From the NCBI GenBank assembly GCA_050916045.1, contig CP051526.1:928001-992000 (forward strand): a DNA stretch of 64,000 nt, in the 5' to 3' direction. Position 1 is the first letter of the stretch. Each line of letters opens with the position of its first letter. The notes below the pieces were generated by a model. It was not told the origin of the DNA and searched no databases. It saw only the letters and a program-made list of their open reading frames with translations. Source of the stretch: Tepidisphaera sp. (GTDB lineage Bacteria; Planctomycetota; Phycisphaerae; Phycisphaerales; UBA1924). Positions 9,435-18,750 of this stretch are shown here, piece after piece. The position numbers and the translations under genes were made by a program.

Positions 9435-12329
9435 ATGAGCGACGGTCAACACGGGACTCTCCGGCGCATCTTTGATCTCGCGGCGGAAGCGGCTTTGGGC
9501 GAGCGGGCGGGGATTCTTGATCGCGAGTGCGCGGGGCAGCCCGAATTGCGGCGGCGGATCGAAGCGATGCTCGCGGCGGAGGAGGACGAGCAGTTTTTGA
9601 AGAGCCCGACGGCGAAGGGGGGGATCACGCGGGCGGCGGATCTGTCGGGAGGCCGTATCGGGCCTTATTCGTTGGTGCGGCTGCTGGGTGAAGGCGGGTT
9701 CGGGTCGGTGTACCTGGCGGAGCAGTCCGCGCCGATTGCTCGCAAGGTCGCGTTGAAGGTGCTCAAGCCCGGGATGGATTCGCGGGAGGTCTTGGCGAGG
9801 TTCGAGCAGGAGCGGCAGGCTCTGGCGATGATGGATCATCCAAACATCGCCCGCGTGCTCGACGCGGGGACCACCGCCGGCGGCCAGCCGTACGTGGTGA
9901 TGGACCTGGTCGAGGGTGAGCCGCTGGTGGCGTTCTGCGATGCGCGGAGCATTCCGGTGAAGGGACGGCTGGAGCTCATCGTCCAGGTGTGTAGCGCCGT
10001 GCAGCACGCCCACACGAAGGGGATCATCCATCGGGATCTCAAGCCATCCAACGTGCTCGTCTCGATGCAGGACGGGAAGCCGATCGCACGGGTGATTGAT
10101 TTCGGGATCGCCAAAGCGGTGGCGGGCTCGGCCGGGCAGAGGGCGGACCTGACGGAGCAGCAGCAGTTCATCGGAACGCCGGAGTACATGAGCCCCGAGC
10201 AGGCGCGGGGATCGTCGGATCTCGACACGAGAACGGACGTCTACTCGCTGGGCGTGCTGCTTTATGAGTTGCTGACCGGAAGCACGCCGTTTACGGCGAA
10301 GGAGCTGAGGGTCGCGGGGTACGAGGAGATGCAGCGGCTGATCCGGGAGGTGGATCCGCCGAACCCTTCGACCCGCCTGGCGCGATCGGCGGAGCGGCTT
10401 TCGAGCGTGGCTCTGTCCCGCAAGACCGAGCCGCAGCGGCTTTGCGCGACGGTGCGGGGTGAGCTGGACTGGATGGTGATGAAAGCGATCGAAAAGGATC
10501 GCCAGCGCCGGTATGAAAGCCCGAGTGGTCTGGCCGCGGACATCGCGCGGTATCTTTCGGGCGAGCCGGTCGTGGCGGCCCCTCCGGGTGCGGCGTATCG
10601 CGTCAGGAAGTTTGTGCTTCGCAACCGTGTGCTGGTGTCCGCGGGGGTCATCGCGGCGGGCGGGCTGATGCTCGGCGCGGCCGGGTTCGCGTGGCAGGCT
10701 TCGGTGGCGCGGGCCGAACGCGACACGGCCAAGCTTGACCGTGATCGCGCGGTCAGGGCGGAGGAAGAGAGCAAGAAGCGAGCGGATGAGCTCGAAAAGG
10801 TCTCGGAGTTTCAGTCGCGGATGATCGTGCAGGTCGATCCGTCGCGTGCGGGCGTCATGCTGACTGATGATGTGGGGTCCAGGCTTGACAGCGCCCTTGA
10901 GAAAGCCGGCATGGCGAAGGGGGAGCGCGACGCGCGGGTCGGCGCGTTCATGGAGCTTTGGGGCAAGGTGAACGCGACCGACGCGGCGCGGACGCTGATC
11001 GACGGAACGATTCTGTCGCCGGCGGTCAAGGCGATCGACGAGCAGTTCAAGGATGAGCCGGCGATCGACGCGGCTTTGCGGCACGCTCTGGCGGATGTCT
11101 ACGACACCATCGGGATGCGTGATGCGGCGATGCCGCTGGCGGTGCGGGCGCTGGAGATTCGCCGGCGCGTGCTGGGCGATGATGCGCCCGCGACGCTCAA
11201 CTCGATCAACAACCTCGGGTATCTGCTTCAGGTTCAGGGAAAGTTCAAGGAGGCTGACCCGTTGATCCGGGAGGTGCTTGAGCGCAAGCGTCGCGTGCTC
11301 GGCGAGGACCACCTTGAGACCATCGTGTCCATCAACAACATGGGCTCGCAGATGTGGTACTTGGGGGAACTCGAGGAGTGCGAGAAGCACTACCGGGAAG
11401 GGCTTGAGCGGGCACGGCGCACGCTCGGCGACGGGCACGAGATCACGATGCGCTCGGTGCAGATGGTCGCGATGGTGCTGCGTGAGCGCCGGCTTCTTCC
11501 GCAGGCGGAGGAATTGCTCCGCGAAACGAAGGACCGGAGCGTGAGGTCGCTCGGCCCCGATCACCAGACGACGATCAGGGCGACGCTGCACCTGGCGTCA
11601 ACGGTGCGGGACGCCGGTCGCCTCGCCGAGGCGGAAGAGCTGCTGCGCGACGCTTCCGAACGCGCGACGCGCACGCTCGGGACATCGCATCCGCTGACGA
11701 TCGAAGCCCGAGGAAACCTCGGAGCCAACCTGAGCGACCAGGGCAAGTATGGAGAGGCCGAGCCGATCCTTCGCGAGATGTACGAGAACAGCCGGCGGAG
11801 CCTAGGCGAGGATGACCTCAACACCTTCCTGCTCGGGATGGATGTGGCCGAGCTGCTCATGGCGAAGCGGGAATTCGCGGAGGCGGAGCCGATCGCACGC
11901 GACGTACTGGAGCGTCGCCGACGCGCGATCGGTGCCGCGCATCCGGTCACGCTCGTCACAGCCACCACGTTGGCTCGGATTCTCAACGAGCTTGGACGTC
12001 ACAGCGATGCCGAGGCGCTGCTGACGGCGGACGAACCCGGCGCCCGCAAGGCGCTCATCGGAGATAGCGCGGTGCACCTTGGGCCGTTGCTGCTGGAGGC
12101 GGGTCGTGCTCGGGCGGGGGCGGGGAAGTTTGCGGAGGCCGAGGTGATGCTCCTTGAGGCGCACGCTTCCTCGCTTGCGACACGCCCGGCGGGGCATCGT
12201 GATCTCCAGCGTGCCGCGAAGACCTTGGCCGAGATGTACTCGGCGTGGGCTGTCGCCGCTCCGGGGAAGGAGCACGAAGCGAAGGCGACGGAATGGACCG
12301 GTCGTGCGGCTGAGACCTCGCCGAAGTAA
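9435..12329 (+). CDS. Hanks-type Ser/Thr protein kinase with TM helix and C-terminal TPR repeats
   Basis: LGEGGFG.V, VALK, HRDLKPSN, DFG, GTPEYMSPEQ, DVYSLG; repeated 'RRVLG.DH..T...NNL' TPR units. Confidence 0.96.
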   Translation: MSDGQHGTLRRIFDLAAEAALGERAGILDRECAGQPELRRRIEAMLAAEEDEQFLKSPTAKGGITRAADLSGGRIGPYSLVRLLGEGGFGSVYLAEQSAPIARKVALKVLKPGMDSREVLARFEQERQALAMMDHPNIARVLDAGTTAGGQPYVVMDLVEGEPLVAFCDARSIPVKGRLELIVQVCSAVQHAHTKGIIHRDLKPSNVLVSMQDGKPIARVIDFGIAKAVAGSAGQRADLTEQQQFIGTPEYMSPEQARGSSDLDTRTDVYSLGVLLYELLTGSTPFTAKELRVAGYEEMQRLIREVDPPNPSTRLARSAERLSSVALSRKTEPQRLCATVRGELDWMVMKAIEKDRQRRYESPSGLAADIARYLSGEPVVAAPPGAAYRVRKFVLRNRVLVSAGVIAAGGLMLGAAGFAWQASVARAERDTAKLDRDRAVRAEEESKKRADELEKVSEFQSRMIVQVDPSRAGVMLTDDVGSRLDSALEKAGMAKGERDARVGAFMELWGKVNATDAARTLIDGTILSPAVKAIDEQFKDEPAIDAALRHALADVYDTIGMRDAAMPLAVRALEIRRRVLGDDAPATLNSINNLGYLLQVQGKFKEADPLIREVLERKRRVLGEDHLETIVSINNMGSQMWYLGELEECEKHYREGLERARRTLGDGHEITMRSVQMVAMVLRERRLLPQAEELLRETKDRSVRSLGPDHQTTIRATLHLASTVRDAGRLAEAEELLRDASERATRTLGTSHPLTIEARGNLGANLSDQGKYGEAEPILREMYENSRRSLGEDDLNTFLLGMDVAELLMAKREFAEAEPIARDVLERRRRAIGAAHPVTLVTATTLARILNELGRHSDAEALLTADEPGARKALIGDSAVHLGPLLLEAGRARAGAGKFAEAEVMLLEAHASSLATRPAGHRDLQRAAKTLAEMYSAWAVAAPGKEHEAKATEWTGRAAETSPK

Positions 12330-12365
12330 GCGGGACGTGCCCTGATTGGACGAAACTTCGTGGGC

Positions 12366-12391
12366 GGCTCCGCAGGAATGCGGGGCTTTTT
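12366..12391 (+). terminator. Rho-independent terminator after kinase gene
   Basis: GGCTCCGCA-ggaa-TGCGGGGCT then T-run. Confidence 0.55.
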
Positions 12392-12588
12392 CTGCTGAGA
12401 AGTCCGCGGTGTTCGGGACGTGTTTGCATTCGATCCGAACGGGGAACGGGGATTTGTGATCCACGATTCGCGCAGGTTCCGCTTGAAGCGTGAGGTCACG
12501 GACTCGTGCGGCACCGTGCTGCGGGATCTGCGGCTTGAAAACGGGAAGGGTCCTCGCTGAGCGGGCCATTTGAAGGATCGGAGTCTTT

Positions 12589-15500
12589 ATGTTCCAGAAG
12601 CCCCAAATTCAGTTCACTTCGCGGGCGGGTGGTGTCGTGGGAACGGCGGTTGCGGCTTTCACCATGGTCGTCGGCCTCGCGGGCGGTGCGGCGCGGGTTC
12701 AGGCGCAGTGCCAGGATTCGAGCCACGGCGCGTGCCGGCACGGGCTGGGGCTTTTGTCGGGGTCGACGTTCGGGTCGGGCTTCGGCGCGGGCGTGGGCTT
12801 GGACGGTCCGGGCGATGTCGGCTTGAGCTTGCTGTCCGAGCCGAGGATGAACCGGCTCTGGGCGGACCAGCCGCAGTTCTGCTTCGATGCCGGCACGGTG
12901 CTCACGCCGGAACTGATGGCCCGGTACAACATGCAGCTTGGGATCGCGCCGGGCTTTGGTGATCGGTTCTTCACGTACAACAGCTGGGCGTGGAATGCGA
13001 ACGAGGGTGCCTCGGTCACGTGGAGTCTTGTGCCCGACGGCACGCCCCTCGGGGACGGTTACACCAGTTCGCTCTTTGCGATGATGGACTCGAAGTTCGG
13101 CGGGAATCGCGAATTGTGGGTCGGGTACATCCGGTCGAGTTTCGAGGCGATCTCCCGGGTGTGCGGCGCGAGATTTCAGGAGGTCTCCGATGACGGAGCG
13201 TCGTGGCCCGACAGCCACAGTTGGAACGGGCCCCGCGGCGACATCCGGATCTCGGCTTCGCCCATCGACGGCCGGAGCAACACCCTGGCTTACGCCTATT
13301 TCCCGCAGAATGGAGATGTGCGGCTTGACACTGCCGAGCGATGGGAGAACTTCGCGGACTCGTACAGGTTCTTCAGGAACGTGTTCACGCATGAGCTGGG
13401 TCACTCGATGGGCCTGAGTCACTCGTGCCCGAACAACCAGACCAAGCTCATGGAGCCCTTCTACAGCGCGAGCATCGATATCTTGCAGCACGATGACATC
13501 CTCGGGCTGCAATCGCTTTACGGCGATGCTCAGGAACCGAACGACTCCGCGAATCGCGCGACCGTGTTCCAGTCTCAGCAGAACACCTCGCTCGAGTTCT
13601 TCTCGTACGGGCAGGTCGCGAACACTGCGACGGCGTCGGTTGTCCCGGGCGATCAGGACTGGACAAAGTCCACGCTTGTGGCGAGCATGCCGGTGACGTT
13701 CTCCGCGAGGCCCGTCGGACGCTCGTACGACACCAGCCAGCAGAACCCCGACGGCTCGTGCGGATCAGGGAACGTCGTGAACTCTCTGGCTCAGACGGGT
13801 CTTCGCGTCGAGATCCGGGATGCTTCGGGCAACGTGCTCGCGGCTTCGCAGGGCGGGCCCGGGCAGTGGGTGACGGTGTCCGCGCAGGTTCCGCAGGGGG
13901 ATTACTACTCGGTGGTCAAGCCTGTGTTGGCGGCGTTTGACATCCCGCAGATGTACACGCTCACGCGGACGATCGGCGCGCCGCAAGCCCCCGCGAACGA
14001 TCGGTGGTTCGAGGGGATTCTGCTCGGCCAGATGCCCTACGGCATGATCATCAACGGCACGACGATCGGCGCGACCACGGACGGCTCGGCGACGTTCCAA
14101 CCCGGCGGCACCCTGGGCACGCAGGACGTCTACTACAACTTCACCCCCTGGGACGGTCCCGGACGAATCCGCATCACCGCCACGGGCGGCAGCAACAATC
14201 TGATTTCGGTTCACCGTCTGGGCAACTCGGCACCCTCGCCGCAGAACCAGTGGTTCCCGATCAATCAGAACCAGAACAACGGGTTCGGCGGCGTGCTCGA
14301 GGTGAACATCAATGACTTCAGCGACTGCATCATCCGTGTGGCGGTCGCTCCGGGTGGTACGCCCGGCCCGCACACGCTCTCGGTCCGGTACATGGATGGG
14401 CCGACCAACGACTCCTGCCAGACGCCGGTGGACATCACCACCGGGACCTACAACGGGACGACGATCTATGCCCGTCCGGAGCCCACACCGTACCCGGCGT
14501 CGTGTACAACCGACACCTTCACGCTGCCCTGGGGCGCTTGGTACAGGTTCACGGCTCCGTCCGAGGGCACGCTCGGGCTGAGCGTGTGCAACGCTCAGAA
14601 CACCATCATGGGCGTCTACGACGGCTGCCCTGAGAGCGGCGGCAATCTCATCGCATGCAACGACAACGCTCCTTCGTGCGGGAACGGCGGCTCGGCTTTG
14701 TCGATCCCCGTCGTCGGTGGGCGGCAGTATCTTGTCCGAGTGTCGCACTTTCAGAATCTGTCGGGGCCGTTCCAACTGAACGTCGCATTCAACCGCGACG
14801 GGGACTCATGTGAGAGCGCCCTGCCCATCGCCGGGGGCGAGACGCCGTTCTCGAATGTGGGCTATACGAGCGACGGCTCCACGTGCTTCAGTGGCTCTGA
14901 TCGCTGGTACCTGTACACCGCCACGGGGTACTCGACCGTGACGGCGACCACGTGTGGGAACGCGAACTTTGACACGACGCTCGCCGCGTGGAACGCCTGC
15001 TCGTCGCAGGGGGGCGTGTTGGTCACGTGCAACGACGATGCGTGCGGCCTGCAATCGTCGATCTCGTTCCGGAGCTTCCCGGGGCAGCAGTTCCTGATCG
15101 CCGCGGGCGGGTACAACGGCTCGCAGGGTAGCGGGACGATCAGGATCAGCGAGACGCCCATCCCGGGCGAGACCTGCACGTCGGCCATCGTTGTGGCGGC
15201 CGGTTCGATCCCCTTCAACACGGTCGGGCGCTACACCGACGGTCCCGCGGAGCCCAACTGCAACTTCTGCTGCGATGACCCGCAGATCCATGGTGACATG
15301 TGGTACGCGTACCTCGCGACGGGGACGGGCACGCTGACGGTTTCGACCTGCGAAGCCGACTATGACTCGAAGCTCGCCGCGTACTCGGCTTGCCCGGTCG
15401 GCGACGGCGAAGCGATCGCGTGTGCGGACGATGAATGCGGGTTGCGGTCGCGGATGTCCTTCCCGGTCGTCGAGGGCGAGAACTACCTCATTCGCGTCGG

Positions 15501-15732
15501 AGGGTTCGGCGGATCGACCGGCTCGGGGACGCTGACGATCGGCTTTGCTTCGGCGTGCCCGGCGGACTTCAACGGCGATGGATTCCTGGACTTCTTTGAC
15601 TACGACGACTTTGTCGGGTGCTACGAGACCGGCGTCTGCCCGCCGGGCAAGACCGCGGACTTCAACGGCGACGAGTTCGTGGACTTCTTCGACTACGACG
15701 ATTTCGTCGGGGCGTTCGAGACGGGCTGCTGA
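12589..15732 (+). CDS. Secreted matrixin/M10-like zinc metalloprotease with repeated Cys-containing beta domains and C-terminal dockerin-like tag
   Basis: GDIRIS..PIDG..NTLAYAYFP..GD, HELGHSMGLSH (HExxHxxGxxH), Met-turn LMEP; repeats ND.C....I...W.Y.F.A...CNDD; ends CPADFNGDGFLDFFDYDDF...ETGC. Confidence 0.9.
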   Translation: MFQKPQIQFTSRAGGVVGTAVAAFTMVVGLAGGAARVQAQCQDSSHGACRHGLGLLSGSTFGSGFGAGVGLDGPGDVGLSLLSEPRMNRLWADQPQFCFDAGTVLTPELMARYNMQLGIAPGFGDRFFTYNSWAWNANEGASVTWSLVPDGTPLGDGYTSSLFAMMDSKFGGNRELWVGYIRSSFEAISRVCGARFQEVSDDGASWPDSHSWNGPRGDIRISASPIDGRSNTLAYAYFPQNGDVRLDTAERWENFADSYRFFRNVFTHELGHSMGLSHSCPNNQTKLMEPFYSASIDILQHDDILGLQSLYGDAQEPNDSANRATVFQSQQNTSLEFFSYGQVANTATASVVPGDQDWTKSTLVASMPVTFSARPVGRSYDTSQQNPDGSCGSGNVVNSLAQTGLRVEIRDASGNVLAASQGGPGQWVTVSAQVPQGDYYSVVKPVLAAFDIPQMYTLTRTIGAPQAPANDRWFEGILLGQMPYGMIINGTTIGATTDGSATFQPGGTLGTQDVYYNFTPWDGPGRIRITATGGSNNLISVHRLGNSAPSPQNQWFPINQNQNNGFGGVLEVNINDFSDCIIRVAVAPGGTPGPHTLSVRYMDGPTNDSCQTPVDITTGTYNGTTIYARPEPTPYPASCTTDTFTLPWGAWYRFTAPSEGTLGLSVCNAQNTIMGVYDGCPESGGNLIACNDNAPSCGNGGSALSIPVVGGRQYLVRVSHFQNLSGPFQLNVAFNRDGDSCESALPIAGGETPFSNVGYTSDGSTCFSGSDRWYLYTATGYSTVTATTCGNANFDTTLAAWNACSSQGGVLVTCNDDACGLQSSISFRSFPGQQFLIAAGGYNGSQGSGTIRISETPIPGETCTSAIVVAAGSIPFNTVGRYTDGPAEPNCNFCCDDPQIHGDMWYAYLATGTGTLTVSTCEADYDSKLAAYSACPVGDGEAIACADDECGLRSRMSFPVVEGENYLIRVGGFGGSTGSGTLTIGFASACPADFNGDGFLDFFDYDDFVGCYETGVCPPGKTADFNGDEFVDFFDYDDFVGAFETGC

Positions 15733-15757
15733 GGATTGCTTCAACAAAGGTCGAACC

Positions 15758-15791
15758 GAGAACCCCCGCGAGAGCGGGGGTTCTTCGTTTT
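15758..15791 (+). terminator. Rho-independent terminator between convergent genes
   Basis: GAGAACCCCCGC-gaga-GCGGGGGTTCTT-cgtttt. Confidence 0.8.
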
Positions 15792-15816
15792 GAGCCCGGC
15801 CGCCCGGTGTCTGCGG

Positions 15817-17097
15817 TTACCCCGCGATTGCGTCTTCGAGTTCGAACCACACCTGGATCCCCACAAAGGTGAGTGGGAACTCGATCTCAAGCCGGTACCG
15901 CTCGAAGTCGTCCGGTGTCCAACCCAGAAGCTGCATCGAACGAGCGAACATCGGGAGAAACGCGTCCGCTCGTGCGGTCCCGCGTCGTGAAAGCCCCCGC
16001 CCCATCGGCACGAACCGCGACGTCGTTTCCAGCAGCTCGCGGCCGTCCCGCGGGGGGCCGGCGATCGGGTCCGGAACTCTGAACGGGTCCATCGAGAACT
16101 TCACTTCCGGCCCGCGGCTTCGAAGGGCGTCATGCCACACCAGGACGTCGAGCACGAACAGCTTCGTGGGCCGCCGGACCGTGTAGTTGGTGCACGCGTA
16201 GTGATAGCGAGCCGACTTGGTCCGTTCAATGAAGTCCACGCTCTTGACCCCGTGCGCCACGCTCGAAGGGCGGTCGAGCGGCGGCTGCTCGCGCTCCCAC
16301 CAGAGGAGATAGTGCAGCGCGGCGCGGTCGATGCGCAACTGATCGGTCGCTCCGGAACAGAACTCGGGCAGGAGAGCGATCCGCGGGTCGTCGCTGATGG
16401 GTTCGCCTCCGAGCGTCACGCGTGTCGGCGGCCCGGGTGAAAGCGGCGAGCCATACACCCCGGACACCGTGATCGGCGGCCCCGGCCGCAACCGACGCAT
16501 CCCGATGGATCCGTTCAGCATCGCCTGATGAAGCCGGTCGGCCGTCGTGCCCGGCCCGAGGAACAGCCCGTGCACCGCGGCGTCGACCGAGATCCCCTGC
16601 AAGTAGCTCGACGCGTTGAAGGCCGCCCGGCGAGCCGCCCGTTCCGCCCGTGCTCGCGCCGGGTTGCCCTCTCCTTCGCTTCCGGCTTCGGTCACGAAGC
16701 CCGCGAGTGACGCACTGAGCCCTGACCGTCCTCCGGGGAACGCCCAGACGGCGCCTTCCAGCTTTCCGATGGCTTCCCGAGCCTCGGTGATGAGGAGCGC
16801 CCGGGCACGTTGAGCTTCACAGGCGTCCACCACGCGAGCCAGGCCTTCCGCGGTCGGGAACTCCCTCAGCGCCGTCGCCGCGTCCGCCCCGCGCATGCCG
16901 CGCACAACGCGGCTGGCCGTGGACTTGTCGAGGCCGAGGGGACCGGTCAGATCGCGAACGCGAGGCGAGTGGTACCCGATCGATCCAAGTAGTTTCCCCA
17001 GTGCAGTTCGAAGCTGCGCCGCGAGACCGAGCAGTTGTTCGAGTTGGTTGGTGCTCAAGCTGAAGCTTATCGGTGCATTTCGGTCTGTCGCGAACAA
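15817..17097 (-). CDS. Hypothetical protein with putative N-terminal helix-turn-helix (candidate regulator)
   Basis: 426-aa ORF filling the gap; 'VRDLTGPLGLDKSTASRVVR' resembles an HTH recognition helix. Confidence 0.65.
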   Translation of the reverse strand: MFATDRNAPISFSLSTNQLEQLLGLAAQLRTALGKLLGSIGYHSPRVRDLTGPLGLDKSTASRVVRGMRGADAATALREFPTAEGLARVVDACEAQRARALLITEAREAIGKLEGAVWAFPGGRSGLSASLAGFVTEAGSEGEGNPARARAERAARRAAFNASSYLQGISVDAAVHGLFLGPGTTADRLHQAMLNGSIGMRRLRPGPPITVSGVYGSPLSPGPPTRVTLGGEPISDDPRIALLPEFCSGATDQLRIDRAALHYLLWWEREQPPLDRPSSVAHGVKSVDFIERTKSARYHYACTNYTVRRPTKLFVLDVLVWHDALRSRGPEVKFSMDPFRVPDPIAGPPRDGRELLETTSRFVPMGRGLSRRGTARADAFLPMFARSMQLLGWTPDDFERYRLEIEFPLTFVGIQVWFELEDAIAG

Positions 17098-17102
17098 AAA
17101 GT

Positions 17103-17138
17103 CTCCGAAAGAGATTCTCTGAGAGAATCTTTTTGGAG
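17103..17138. promoter_or_regulatory. Palindromic candidate operator between divergent genes
   Basis: AGATTCTCT-g-AGAGAATCT (17112-17130, perfect 9-bp arms), extended imperfectly to CTCC...GGAG. Confidence 0.55.
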
Positions 17139-17192
17139 GGTGCCGACGAATGTTCTTCCGCGTGACCCTTACCCCTGTTGAGGAAACAGACC

Positions 17193-18533
17193 ATGATGCA
17201 GAAAGCAGTCCCTTCGATTTCCCGCCCGATCGCCGGTTTCGCGGCTCCGACCCTCGCGTTGCTCGCGGCCAACTGTGCGATTGCGCAGGACGCTCGGTTC
17301 TTCCCGATTCCCGGCCAGTCGGCGATTCCGGGGAGCAACCCGAACGTGTGCATCGTGAGCGGGACGTCCGGCTACTCCGGGACCCGAATCAGTGATGACG
17401 GCTTGACGGTTGCGACGGTGGCTTTCGATCCCGGGTTTGTGGATGGGTACATCCCGCGCAGGCCTGCGCGGTGGACCGAGGCAGGCGGCACCGTCGTCCT
17501 TGGCCCGGATGTCCCCGGCTTGTATGGTGTGACGGGCATTTCGGCCGATGGCCGCACGATCTATGGCGAAAGCTGGCGTTGGACGGCGGCGGGGGGGTAT
17601 GAAGATCTCCGTTCGCGTCTGACGAACGGCTTCTTCCTGAATAAGACGATCTTCGGGTGCTCTTCGGACGGCCGCACGATCACGGGTGTCACGGGCACAT
17701 ACCCGGACGAAGGTGACCTGTTCCTTTGGCGGCTTGACGATGAGCCGCTCGTCACGCTGCCGCGTGCGGCGAGCTTCCCGCAAGGGTATTTCTACTTCAA
17801 CACGATCAGCGGGGACGGGAACGTCGTCGCGGGATCGACGCGTCGATTCGACTTCACGAACGGGTTCTCACAGTCTTATGCGGCCGCGGTCGTGACGCCG
17901 TCGGGTGCGAACGTGATCACCGACGAGAGTGACCAGGCGGGCGTGACCGATCTTTCGTTCGATGGAAGTGTTGCGGTGGGCTACCTCACGACTCCCGGCG
18001 GGTTCACGCTCAACGCGTTCCGGTGGACCGCCGCGGGCGGCATCACGATTCTGACTGATGGGCTTGGCTCGGACGACAGCACCTACGCACGGGCGACGAA
18101 CGCGGACGGCAGCGTGGTGGTGGGGGACTACGTCAGCTTCGGGAACGCAGGCACGAGCGCGTGGATCTGGCGTGCGAACAGCGGGTTCATCGATCTTCAG
18201 AGCGACCTCATCAACAACTTCGGCCTGGCCGACGCGCTCGCAGGATGGAGGCTTCTGGTCGCGACGGATGTCTCGGCCGACGGGCGCACGATTGTTGGGC
18301 AGGGTGTGAATCCGGATGGATGCGAGCAGGCGTTCCTGGTGCGACTTCCCGGCGTCTGTGCGCCGGACTTCAACAGTGACGGCTTCATCGACTTCTTCGA
18401 CTACGACGACTTTGTGAACTGCTTTGAGACCGGCGTCTGCCCGCCGGGCAAGACGGCGGACTTCAACGGCGACCAGTTCGTGGACTTCTTTGACTACGAC
18501 GGGTTTGTCGGGGCGTTTGAGGCGGGCTGCTGA
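17193..18533 (+). CDS. Secreted HAF-type repeat protein with C-terminal dockerin-like tag
   Basis: Signal peptide ending AIA-Q; ISADG/SSDG/ISGDG/NADG repeats with AFRWT; ends CAPDFNSDGFIDFFDYDDF...EAGC. Confidence 0.85.
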   Translation: MMQKAVPSISRPIAGFAAPTLALLAANCAIAQDARFFPIPGQSAIPGSNPNVCIVSGTSGYSGTRISDDGLTVATVAFDPGFVDGYIPRRPARWTEAGGTVVLGPDVPGLYGVTGISADGRTIYGESWRWTAAGGYEDLRSRLTNGFFLNKTIFGCSSDGRTITGVTGTYPDEGDLFLWRLDDEPLVTLPRAASFPQGYFYFNTISGDGNVVAGSTRRFDFTNGFSQSYAAAVVTPSGANVITDESDQAGVTDLSFDGSVAVGYLTTPGGFTLNAFRWTAAGGITILTDGLGSDDSTYARATNADGSVVVGDYVSFGNAGTSAWIWRANSGFIDLQSDLINNFGLADALAGWRLLVATDVSADGRTIVGQGVNPDGCEQAFLVRLPGVCAPDFNSDGFIDFFDYDDFVNCFETGVCPPGKTADFNGDQFVDFFDYDGFVGAFEAGC

Positions 18534-18555
18534 GCTTTGAAAGGGAGTGCGGGGC

Positions 18556-18592
18556 GCGGCGGCGACCAACTCGGTCGCCGCCGCTTTCTTTT
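18556..18592 (+). terminator. Rho-independent terminator
   Basis: GCGGCGGCGACC-aactc-GGTCGCCGCCGC-tttctttt. Confidence 0.85.
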
Positions 18593-18750
18593 GATCGTGT
18601 CGCGGGCTGTAAGGCGTGGAGCGGGTTTATGGACGCGATGCGGGCGTTCGCACCTGTTCGACGAGCGCGCGCCTTGACTGCGCCTGGGACGCGAAACGGT
18701 GTTTCAGCCCGCCATCGGGAGCCTCCCTACGAATTGGCATGGAGATCGCG

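Noticed and set aside
9069..11591. 840-aa minus-strand ORF
   Set aside because: Antisense to the kinase; Arg/His-rich composition typical of high-GC shadow frames.
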